This document shows positions 52,816 to 64,000 of a stretch of 64,000 nt of DNA, piece after piece. Position 1 is the first letter of the stretch; the number at the start of each line of letters is the position of its first letter. The notes below the pieces were generated by a model that did no database searches, was not told the origin of the DNA, and worked only from the letters and a program-made list of their open reading frames with translations. The DNA lies in NCBI RefSeq assembly GCF_009914755.1, contig NC_060925.1; one strand, given 5' to 3'. A program made the translations under genes and the position numbers. The stretch comes from the human T2T-CHM13v2.0 reference genome, Homo sapiens.

Positions 52816-55741
52816 AGGAAATATCTTCGTAGAAAAACTAGACAGAATGATTCTCAGAAACTCCTTTGTGATGTGTGCGTTCAACTCACAGAGTTTAACC
52901 TTTCTTTTCATAGAGCAGTTAGTAAACACTCTGTTTATAAAGTCTGCAAGTGGATATTCAGACCCCTTTGAGGCCTTCGTTGGAAACGGGATTTCTTCAT
53001 ATTATGCTAGACAGAAGAATTCTCAGTAACTTCCTTGTGTTGTGTGTATTCAACTGACAGAGTTGAACTTTCATTTAGAGAGAGCAGATTTGAAACACTG
53101 TTTTTGTGGAATTTGCAAGTGGAGATTTCAAGCGCTTTGGGGCCAAAGGCAGAAAAGGAAATATCTTCGTATAAAAACTAGACAGAATCATTCTCAGAAA
53201 CTGCTGCGTGATGTGTGCGTTCAACTCTCAGAGTTTAACTTTTCTTTTCATTCAGCGGTTTGGAAACACTCTGTTTGTAAAGTCTGCACGTGGATATTTT
53301 GACCACTTAGAGGCCTTCGTTGGAAACGGGTTTTTTTCATGTAAGGCTAGACAGAAGAATTCCCAGTAACTTCCTTGTGTTGTGTGCATTCAACTCACAG
53401 AGTTGAACGTTCCCTTAGACAGAGCAGATTTGAAACACTCTATTTGTGCAATTTGCAAGTGTAGATTTCAAGCGCTTTAAGGTCAACGGCAGAAAAGGAA
53501 ATATCTTCGTTTCAAAACTAGACAGAATCATTCCCACAAACTGCGTTGTGATGTGTTCGTTCAACTCACAGAGTTTAACCTTTCTGTTCATAGAGCAGTT
53601 AGGAAACACTCTGTTTGTAAAGTCTGTAAGTGGATATTCTGATATCTTGTGGCCTTCGTTGGAAACGGGATTTCTTCATATTCTGCTAGACAGAAGAATT
53701 CTCAGTAACTTCCTTGTGTTGTGTGTATTCAACTCACAGAGTTGAACGATCCTTTACACAGAGCAGACTTGAAACACTCTTTTTGTGGAATTTGCAAGTG
53801 GAGATTTCAGCCGCTTTGAGGTCAATGGTAGAAAAGGAAACTATCTTCATATAAAGACTAGACAGAATGATTCTCAGAAAATCTTTTGTGATGTGTGCGT
53901 TCAACTCACAGAGTTTAACTTTTCTTCTCATAGAGCAGTTAGGAAACACTCTGTTTGTAAAGTCTGCAAGTGGATATTCAGACCTCTTTGAGGCCTTCGT
54001 TGGAAACGGGATTTCTTCATATTATGCTAGACAGAATAATTCTCAGTAACTTCCTTGTGTTGTGTGTATTCAACTCACAGAGTTGAAGGATCCTTTACAG
54101 ACAGCAGGTTTGAAACACTCTTTTTGTCGAATTTGCAAGTGGAGATTTCAGCCGCTTTGAGGTCAATGGTAGAATAGGAAATATCTTCTTATAGAAACTA
54201 GACAGAATGATTCTCATAAACTCCTTTGTGATGTGTGCGTTCAACTCACAGAGTTTAACCTTTCTTTTCATAGAGCAGTTAGGAAACACTCTGTTTGTAA
54301 AGTCTGCAAGTGGATATTCAGACCTCCTTGAGGCCTTCGTTGGAAACGGGATTTCTTCATATTCTGCTAGACAGAAGAATTCTCAGTAACTTCCTTGTGT
54401 TGTGTTTATTCAACTCACAGAGTTGAATGATCCTTTACACAGAGCAGACTTGAAACACTCTTTTTGTGGAATTTGCAAGTGGAGATTTCAGCCGCTTTGA
54501 GGTCAATGGTAGAAAAGGAAATATCTTCGTATAAAGACTAGACAGAATGATTCTCAGAAACTCCTTTGTGATGTGTGCGTTCAACTCACAGAGTTTAACC
54601 TTTCTTTTCAAAGAGCAGTTAGGAAACACTCTCTTTGTAAAGTCTGCAAGTGGATATTCAGACCTCCTTGAGGCCTTCGTTGGAAACGGGATTTCTTCAT
54701 ATTCTGCTAGACAGAAGAATTCTCAGTAACTTCCTTGTGTTGTGTGTATTCAACTCACAGAGTTGAACGATCCTTTACACAGAGCAGACTTGAAACACTC
54801 TTTTTGTGGAATTTGCAAGTGGAGATTTCAGCCGCTTTGAGGTCAATAGTAGAAAAGGAAATATCTTCGTAGAAAAACTAGACAGAATGATTCTCAGAAA
54901 CTCCTTTGTGATGTGTGCGTTCAACTCACAGAGTTTAACCTTTCTTTTCATAGAGCAGTTAGTAAACACTCTGTTTATAAAGTCTGCAAGTGGATATTCA
55001 GACCCCTTTGAGGCCTTCGTTGGAAACGGGATTTCTTCATATTATGCTAGACAGAAGAATTCTCAGTAACTTCCTTGTGTTGTGTGTATTCAACTGACAG
55101 AGTTGAACTTTCATTTAGAGAGAGCAGATTTGAAACACTGTTTTTGTGGAATTTGCAAGTGGAGATTTCAAGCGCTTTGGGGCCAAAGGCAGAAAAGGAA
55201 ATATCTTCGTATAAAAACTAGACAGAATCATTCTCAGAAACTGCTGCGTGATGTGTGCGTTCAACTCTCAGAGTTTAACTTTTCTTTTCATTCAGCGGTT
55301 TGGAAACACTCTGTTTGTAAAGTCTGCACGTGGATATTTTGACCACTTAGAGGCCTTCGTTGGAAACGGGTTTTTTTCATGTAAGGCTAGACAGAAGAAT
55401 TCCCAGTAACTTCCTTGTGTTGTGTGCATTCAACTCACAGAGTTGAACGTTCCCTTAGACAGAGCAGATTTGAAACACTCTATTTGTGCAATTTGCAAGT
55501 GTAGATTTCAAGCGCTTTAAGGTCAACGGCAGAAAAGGAAATATCTTCGTTTCAAAACTAGACAGAATCATTCCCACAAACTGCGTTGTGATGTGTTCGT
55601 TCAACTCACAGAGTTTAACCTTTCTGTTCATAGAGCAGTTAGGAAACACTCTGTTTGTAAAGTCTGTAAGTGGATATTCTGACATCTTGTGGCCTTCGTT
55701 GGAAACGGGATTTCTTCATATTCTGCTAGACAGAAGAATTC

Positions 55742-58700
55742 TCAGTAACTTCCTTGTGTTGTGTGTATTCAACTCACAGAGTTGAACGATCCTTTACACA
55801 GAGCAGACTTGAAACACTCTTTTTGTGGAATTTGCAAGTGGAGATTTCAGCCGCTTTGAGGTCAATGGTAGAAAAGGAAACTATCTTCATATAAAGACTA
55901 GACAGAATGATTCTCAGAAAATCTTTTGTGATGTGTGCGTTCAACTCACAGAGTTTAACTTTTCTTCTCATAGAGCAGTTAGGAAACACTCTGTTTGTAA
56001 AGTCTGCAAGTGGATATTCAGACCTCTTTGAGGCCTTCGTTGGAAACGGGATTTCTTCATATTATGCTAGACAGAATAATTCTCAGTAACTTCCTTGTGT
56101 TGTGTGTATTCAACTCACAGAGTTGAAGGATCCTTTACAGACAGCAGGTTTGAAACACTGTTTTTGTCGAATTTGCAAGTGGAGATTTCAGCCGCTTTGA
56201 GGTCAATGGTAGAATAGGAAATATCTTCTTATAGAAACTAGACAGAATGATTCTCATAAACTCCTTTGTGATGTGTGCGTTCAACTCACAGAGTTTAACC
56301 TTTCTTTTCATAGAGCAGTTAGGAAACACTCTGTTTGTAAAGTCTGCAAGTGGATATTCAGACCTCCTTGAGGCCTTCGTTGGAAACGGGATTTCTTCAT
56401 ATTCTGCTAGACAGAAGAATTCTCAGTAACTTCCTTGTGTTGTGTTTATTCAACTCACAGAGTTGAATGATCCTTTACACAGAGCAGACTTGAAACACTC
56501 TTTTTGTGGAATTTGCAAGTGGAGATTTCAGCCGCTTTGAGGTCAATGGTAGAAAAGGAAATATCTTCGTATAAAGACTAGACAGAATGATTCTCAGAAA
56601 CTCCTTTGTGATGTGTGCGTTCAACTCACAGAGTTTAACTTTTCTTTTCAAAGAGCAGTTAGGAAACACTCTCTTTGTAAAGTCTGCAAGTGGATATTCA
56701 GACCTCTTTGAGGCCTTCGTTGGAAACGGGATTTCTTCATATTCTGCTAGACAGAAGAATTCTCAGTAACTTCCTTGTGTTGTGTGTATTCAACTCACAG
56801 AGTTGAACGATCCTTTACACAGAGCAGACTTGAAACATTCTTTTTGTGGAATTTGCAAGTGGAGATTTCAGCCGCTTTGAGGTCAATGGTAGAATAGGAA
56901 ATATCTTCCTATAGAAACTAGACAGAACGATTCTCAGAAACTCCGTTGTGATGTGTGCGTTCAACTCACAGAGTTTAACCTTTCTTTTCATAGAGCAGTT
57001 AGGAAACACTCTGTTTGTAAAGTCTGCAAGTGGATATTCAGACCTCTTTGAGGCCTTCGTTGGAAACGGGATTTCTTCCTATTCTGCTAGACAGAAGAAT
57101 TCTCAGTAACTTCCTTGTGTTGTGTGTATTCAACTCACAGAGTTGAACGATCCTTTACACAGAGCAGACTTGAAACACTCTTTTTGTGGAATTTGCAAGT
57201 GGAGATTTCAGCCGCTTTGAGGTCAATAGTAGAAAAGGAAATATCTTCGTAGAAAAACTAGACAGAATGATTCTCAGAAACTCCTTTGTGATGTGTGTGT
57301 TCAACTCACAGAGTTTAACCTTTCTTTTCATAGAGCAGTTAGTAAACACTCTGTTTATAAAGTCTGCAAGTGGATATTCAGACCCCTTTGAGGCCTTCGT
57401 TGGAAACGGGATTTCTTCATATTCTGCTAGACAGAAGAATTCTCAGTAACTTCCTTGTGTTGTGTGTATTCAACTGACAGAGTTGAACTTTCATTTGGAG
57501 AGAGCAGATTTGAAACACTGTTTTTGTGGAATTTGCAAGTGGAGATTTCAAGCGCTTTGGGGCCAAAGGCAGAAAAGGAAATATCTTCGTATAAAAACTA
57601 GACAGAATCATTCTCAGAAACTGCTGCGTGATGTGTGCGTTCAACTCTCAGAGTTTAACTTTTCTTTTCATTCAGCGGTTTGGAAACACTCTGTTTGTAA
57701 AGTCTGCACGTGGATATTTTGACCACTTAGAGGCCTTCGTTGGAAACGGGTTTTTTTCATGTAAGGCTAGACAGAAGAATTCCCAGTAACTTCCTTGTGT
57801 TGTGTGCATTCAACTCACAGAGTTGAACGTTCCCTTAGACAGAGCAGATTTGAAACACTCTATTTGTGCAATTTGCAAGTGTAGATTTCAAGCGCTTTAA
57901 GGTCAACGGCAGAAAAGGAAATATCTTCGTTTCAAAACTAGACAGAATCATTCCCACAAACTGCGTTGTGATGTGTTCGTTCAACTCACAGAGTTTAACC
58001 TTTCTGTTCATAGAGCAGTTAGGAAACACTCTGTTTGTAAAGTCTGTAAGTGGATATTCTGACATCTTGTGGCCTTCGTTGGAAACGGGATTTCTTCATA
58101 TTCTGCTAGACAGAAGAATTCTCAGTAACTTCCTTGTGTTGTGTGTATTCAACTCACAGAGTTGAACGATCCTTTACACAGAGCAGACTTGAAACACTCT
58201 TTTTGTGGAATTTGCAAGTGGAGATTTCAGCCGCTTTGAGGTCAATGGTAGAAAAGGAAACTATCTTCATATAAAGACTAGACAGAATGATTCTCAGAAA
58301 ATCTTTTGTGATGTGTGCGTTCAACTCACAGAGTTTAACTTTTCTTCTCATAGAGCAGTTAGGAAACACTCTGTTTGTAAAGTCTGCAAGTGGATATTCA
58401 GACCTCTTTGAGGCCTTCGTTGGAAACGGGATTTCTTCATATTATGCTAGACAGAATAATTCTCAGTAACTTCCTTGTGTTGTGTGTATTCAACTCACAG
58501 AGTTGAAGGATCCTTTACAGACAGCAGGTTTGAAACACTCTTTTTGTCGAATTTGCAAGTGGAGATTTCAGCCGCTTTGAGGTCAATGGTAGAATAGGAA
58601 ATATCTTCTTATAGAAACTAGACAGAATGATTCTCATAAACTCCTTTGTGATGTGTGCGTTCAACTCACAGAGTTTAACCTTTCTTTTCATAGAGCAGTT

Positions 58701-60501
58701 AGGAAACACTCTGTTTGTAAAGTCTGCAAGTGGATATTCAGACCTCCTTGAGGCCTTCGTTGGAAACGGGATTTCTTCATATTCTGCTAGACAGAAGAAT
58801 TCTCAGTAACTTCCTTGTGTTGTGTTTATTCAACTCACAGAGTTGAATGATCCTTTACACAGAGCAGACTTGAAACACTCTTTTTGTGGAATTTGCAAGT
58901 GGAGATTTCAGCCGCTTTGAGGTCAATGGTAGAAAAGGAAATATCTTCGTATAAAGACTAGACAGAATGATTCTCAGAAACTCCTTTGTGATGTGTGCGT
59001 TCAACTCACAGAGTTTAACTTTTCTTTTCAAAGAGCAGTTAGGAAACACTCTCTTTGTAAAGTCTGCAAGTGGATATTCAGACCTCTTTGAGGCCTTCGT
59101 TGGAAACGGGATTTCTTCCTATTCTGCTAGACAGAAGAATTCTCAGTAACTTCCTTGTGTTGTGTGTATTCAACTCACAGAGTTGAACGATCCTTTACAC
59201 AGAGCAGACTTGAAACATTCTTTTTGTGGAATTTGCAAGTGGAGATTTCAGCCGCTTTGAGGTCAATGGTAGAATAGGAAATATCTTCCTATAGAAACTA
59301 GACAGAACGATTCTCAGAAACTCCGTTGTGATGTGTGCGTTCAACTCACAGAGTTTAACCTTTCTTTTCATAGAGCAGTTAGGAAACACTCTGTTTGTAA
59401 AGTCTGCAAGTGGATATTCAGACCTCTTTGAGGCCTTCGTTGGAAACGGGATTTCTTCCTATTCTGCTAGACAGAAGAATTCTCAGTAACTTCCTTGTGT
59501 TGTGTGTATTCAACTCACAGAGTTGAACGATCCTTTACACAGAGCAGACTTGAAACACTCTTTTTGTGGAATTTGCAAGTGGAGATTTCAGCCGCTTTGA
59601 GGTCAATAGTAGAAAAGGAAATATCTTCGTAGAAAAACTAGACAGAATGATTCTCAGAAACTCCTTTGTGATGTGTGTGTTCAACTCACAGAGTTTAACC
59701 TTTCTTTTCATAGAGCAGTTAGTAAACACTCTGTTTATAAAGTCTGCAAGTGGATATTCAGACCCCTTTGAGGCCTTCGTTGGAAACGGGATTTCTTCAT
59801 ATTCTGCTAGACAGAAGAATTCTCAGTAACTTCCTTGTGTTGTGTGTATTCAACTGACAGAGTTGAACTTTCATTTGGAGAGAGCAGATTTGAAACACTG
59901 TTTTTGTGGAATTTGCAAGTGGAGATTTCAAGCGCTTTGGGGCCAAAGGCAGAAAAGGAAATATCTTCGTATAAAAACTAGACAGAATCATTCTCAGAAA
60001 CTGCTGCGTGATGTGTGCGTTCAACTCTCAGAGTTTAACTTTTCTTTTCATTCAGCGGTTTGGAAACACTCTGTTTGTAAAGTCTGCACGTGGATATTTT
60101 GACCACTTAGAGGCCTTCGTTGGAAACGGGTTTTTTTCATGTAAGGCTAGACAGAAGAATTCCCAGTAACTTCCTTGTGTTGTGTGCATTCAACTCACAG
60201 AGTTGAACGTTCCCTTAGACAGAGCAGATTTGAAACACTCTATTTGTGCAATTTGCAAGTGTAGATTTCAAGCGCTTTAAGGTCAACGGCAGAAAAGGAA
60301 ATATCTTCGTTTCAAAACTAGACAGAATCATTCCCACAAACTGCGTTGTGATGTGTTCGTTCAACTCACAGAGTTTAACCTTTCTGTTCATAGAGCAGTT
60401 AGGAAACACTCTGTTTGTAAAGTCTGTAAGTGGATATTCTGACATCTTGTGGCCTTCGTTGGAAACGGGATTTCTTCATATTCTGCTAGACAGAAGAATT
60501 C
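55742..60501 (+). repeat. Two near-identical 14-mers (2 x 2380 bp, A-B'-H-I-D-E-F)
   Basis: ORF variants recur at +2380 (56475/58855, 56815/59195, 57417/59797). Confidence 0.85.
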
Positions 60502-63500
60502 TCAGTAACTTCCTTGTGTTGTGTGTATTCAACTCACAGAGTTGAACGATCCTTTACACAGAGCAGACTTGAAACACTCTTTTTGTCGAATTTGCAAGTG
60601 GAGATTTCAGCCGCTTTGAGGTCAATGGTAGAAAAGGAAACTATCTTCATATAAAGACTAGACAGAATGATTCTCAGAAAATCTTTTGTGATGTGTGCGT
60701 TCAACTCACAGAGTTTAACTTTTCTTCTCATAGAGCAGTTAGGAAACACTCTGTTTGTAAAGTCTGCAAGTGTATATTCAGACCTCTTTGAGGCCTTCGT
60801 TGGAAACGGGATTTCGTCATATTATGCTAGACAGAATAATTCTCAGTAACTTCCTTGTGTTGTGTGTATTCAACTCACAGAGTTGAAGGATCCTTTACAG
60901 AGAGCAGGCTTGAAATACTCTTTTTGTCGAATTTGCAAGTGGAGATTTCAGCCGCTTTGAGGTCAATGGTAGAATAGGAAATATCTTCTTATAGAAACTA
61001 GACAAAATGATTCTCATGAACTCCTTTGTGATGTGTGCGTTCAACTCACAGAGTTTAACCTTTCTTTTCATAGAGCAGTTAGGAAACACTCTGTTTGTAA
61101 AGTCTGCAAGTGGATATTCAGACCTCCTTGAGGCCTTCGTTGGAAACGGGATTTCTTCATATTCTGCTAGACAGAAGAATTCTCAGTAACTTCCTTGTGT
61201 TGTGTTTATTCAACTCACAGAGTTGAATGATCCTTTACACAGAGCAGACTTGAAACACTCTTTTTGTGGAATTTGCAAGTGGAGATTTCAGCCGCTTTGA
61301 GGTCAATGGTAGAATAGGAAATATCTTCCTATAGAAACTAGACAGAACGATTCTCAGAAACTCCGTTGTGATGTGTGCGTTCAACTCACAGAGTTTAACC
61401 TTTCTTTTCATAGAGCAGTTAGGAAACACTCTGTTTGTAAAGTCTGCAAGTGGATATTCAGACCTCTTTGAGGCCTTCGTTGGAAACGGGATTTCTTCCT
61501 ATTCTGCTAGACAGAAGAATTCTCAGTAACTTCCTTGTGTTGTGTGTATTCAACTCACAGAGTTGAACGATCCTTTACACAGAGCAGACTTGAAACACTC
61601 TTTTTGTGGAATTTGCAAGTGGAGATTTCAGCCGCTTTGAGGTCAATAGTAGAAAAGGAAATATCTTCGTAGAAAAACTAGACAGAATGATTCTCAGAAA
61701 CTCCTTTGTGATGTGTGTGTTCAACTCACAGAGTTTAACCTTTCTTTTCATAGAGCAGTTAGTAAACACTCTGTTTATAAAGTCTGCAAGTGGATATTCA
61801 GACCCCTTTGAGGCCTTCGTTGGAAACGGGATTTCTTCATATTCTGCTAGACAGAAGAATTCTCAGTAACTTCCTTGTGTTGTGTGTATTCAACTGACAG
61901 AGTTGAACTTTCATTTGGAGAGAGCAGATTTGAAACACTGTTTTTGTGGAATTTGCAAGTGGAGATTTCAAGCGCTTTGGGGCCAAAGGCAGAAAAGGAA
62001 ATATCTTCGTATAAAAACTAGACAGAATCATTCTCAGAAACTGCTGCGTGATGTGTGCGTTCAACTCTCAGAGTTTAACTTTTCTTTTCATTCAGCGGTT
62101 TGGAAACACTCTGTTTGTAAAGTCTGCACGTGGATATTTTGACCACTTAGAGGCCTTCGTTGGAAACGGGTTTTTTTCATGTAAGGCTAGACAGAAGAAT
62201 TCCCAGTAACTTCCTTGTGTTGTGTGCATTCAACTCACAGAGTTGAACGTTCCCTTAGACAGAGCAGATTTGAAACACTCTATTTGTGCAATTTGCAAGT
62301 GTAGATTTCAAGCGCTTTAAGGTCAACGGCAGAAAAGGAAATATCTTCGTTTCAAAACTAGACAGAATCATTCCCACAAACTGCGTTGTGATGTGTTCGT
62401 TCAACTCACAGAGTTTAACCTTTCTGTTCATAGAACAGTTAGGAAACACTCTGTTTGTAAAGTCTGTAAGTGGATATTCTGACATCTTGTGGCCTTCGTT
62501 GGAAACGGGATTTCTTCATATTCTGCTAGACAGAAGAATTCTCAGTAACTTCCTTGTGTTGTGTGTATTCAACTCACAGAGTTGAACGATCCTTTACACA
62601 GAGCAGACTTGAAACACTCTTTTTGTCGAATTTGCAAGTGGAGATTTCAGCCGCTTTGAGGTCAATGGTAGAAAAGGAAACTATCTTCATATAAAGACTA
62701 GACAGAATGATTCTCAGAAAATCTTTTGTGATGTGTGCGTTCAACTCACAGAGTTTAACTTTTCTTCTCATAGAGCAGTTAGGAAACACTCTGTTTGTAA
62801 AGTCTGCAAGTGTATATTCAGACCTCTTTGAGGCCTTCGTTGGAAACGGGATTTCGTCATATTATGCTAGACAGAATAATTCTCAGTAACTTCCTTGTGT
62901 TGTGTGTATTCAACTCACAGAGTTGAAGGATCCTTTACAGAGAGCAGGCTTGAAACACTCTTTTTGTCGAATTTGCAAGTGGAGATTTCAGCCGCTTTGA
63001 GGTCAATGGTAGAATAGGAAATATCTTCTTATAGAAACTAGACAAAATGATTCTCATGAACTCCTTTGTGATGTGTGCGTTCAACTCACAGAGTTTAACC
63101 TTTCTTTTCATAGAGCAGTTAGGAAACACTCTGTTTGTAAAGTCTGCAAGTGGATATTCAGACCTCCTTGAGGCCTTCGTTGGAAACGGGATTTCTTCAT
63201 ATTCTGCTAGACAGAAGAATTCTCATTAACTTCCTTGTGTTGTGTTTATTCAACTCACAGAGTTGAATGATCCTTTACACAGAGCAGACTTGAAACACTC
63301 TTTTTGTGGAATTTGCAAGTGGAGATTTCAGCCGCTTTGAGGTCAATGGTAGAAAAGTAAATATCTTCGTATAAAGACTAGACAGAATGATTCTCAGAAA
63401 CTCCTTTGTGATGTGTGCGTTCAACTCACAGACTTTAACCTTTCTGTTCATAGAGCAGTTAGGAAACACTCTGTTTGTAAAGTCTGCAAGTGGATATTCA

Positions 63501-64000
63501 GACCTCCTTGAGGCCTTCGTTGGAAACGGGATTTCTTCATATTCTGCTAGACAGAAGAATTCTCAGTAACTTCCTTGTGTTGTGTGTATTCAACTCACAG
63601 AGTTGAACGATCCTTTACACAGAGCAGACTTGAAACACTCTTTTTGTGGAATTTGCAAGTGGAGATTTCAGCCGCTTTGAGGTCAATAGTAGAAAAGGAA
63701 ATATCTTCGTAGAAAAACTAGACAGAATGATTCTCAGAAACTCCTTTGTGATGTGTGCGTTCAACTCACAGAGTTTAACCTTTCTTTTCATAGAGCAGTT
63801 AGTAAACACTCTGTTTATAAAGTCTGCAAGTGGATATTCAGACCCCTTTGAGGCCTTCGTTGGAAACGGGATTTCTTCATATTATGCTAGACAGAAGAAT
63901 TCTCAGTAACTTCCTTGTGTTGTGTGTATTCAACTGACAGAGTTGAACTTTCATTTAGAGAGAGCAGATTTGAAACACTGTTTTTGTGGAATTTGCAAGT

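Larger units (their letters stand above)
1..64000 (+). repeat. Centromeric alpha-satellite (alphoid) HOR array, SF1 dimeric type, ~188 dimers (~376 monomers), all in one orientation; resembles the chr1/5/19 live array (D1Z7/D5Z2/D19Z3)
   Basis: Seen: alphoid motifs (ATTCTCAGAAACT, TTCAACTCACAGAGTT, GAAACACTCTTTTTGTGGAATTTGCAAGTGG) every ~170 bp; CENP-B box and usually an EcoRI site every 340 bp. Established: the EcoRI 340-bp dimer with alternating A/B boxes is SF1. Assignment to the chr1/5/19 family is recognition, not a search result. Confidence 0.98.

Noticed and set aside
12-63909. Hundreds of 60-99 aa ORFs on both strands (e.g. MFPNCSMKRKVKLCELN..., MILRNSFVMCAFNSQS...)
   Set aside because: They are chance open frames of the satellite, recurring with the 340-bp period. 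Many begin at GTG/TTG, they overlap in several frames, they are freely broken by indels, and they show no recognisable domain.
1-64000. CRISPR-like or other repeat-spacer array
   Set aside because: There are no unique spacers; the sequence between conserved motifs is itself repeated satellite, and no cas-like ORFs are present.
1-64000. Transposon insertion (L1/Alu), inversion or non-satellite island
   Set aside because: The dimer period and orientation are unbroken (net +2 bp across 187 dimers), and I saw no poly-A tail, target-site duplication or reversed CENP-B box.
1-64000. Assignment to one specific chromosome or to the kinetochore-forming subregion
   Set aside because: The chr1/5/19 arrays are near-identical in family, and CENP-A position is epigenetic. 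Deciding needs alignment to a T2T assembly plus methylation or CENP-A data.

Overview
The whole 64-kb window is one uninterrupted, single-orientation array of primate (human-type) centromeric alpha satellite of suprachromosomal family 1. It has ~171/169-bp monomers paired into ~340-bp dimers, with a CENP-B box in every second monomer and a pJalpha-like motif in the other. It most resembles the live array shared by chromosomes 1/5/19 (D1Z7/D5Z2/D19Z3); the specific chromosome is inference only. I saw no gene, RNA gene, transposon or inversion, and all listed ORFs are chance frames of the satellite. I typed dimers by eye from diagnostic bases and labelled them A-I (my own labels). The basic higher-order repeat (HOR) is a 2040-bp 12-mer ABCDEF. 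Measured E-to-E, the 27 units are 13 12-mers, 10 14-mers, one 16-mer, two 18-mers and one 20-mer. The points of interest are evolutionary: nested tandem duplications (1021, 2720, 3061, 3401 and ~8840 bp), hybrid dimers, a short conversion tract, a mutation cluster at a junction, a haplotype switch near 43.5 kb, near-perfect 340-bp register, and CENP-B boxes broken only by unspread CpG transitions. I found no support for a new protein- or RNA-coding system.
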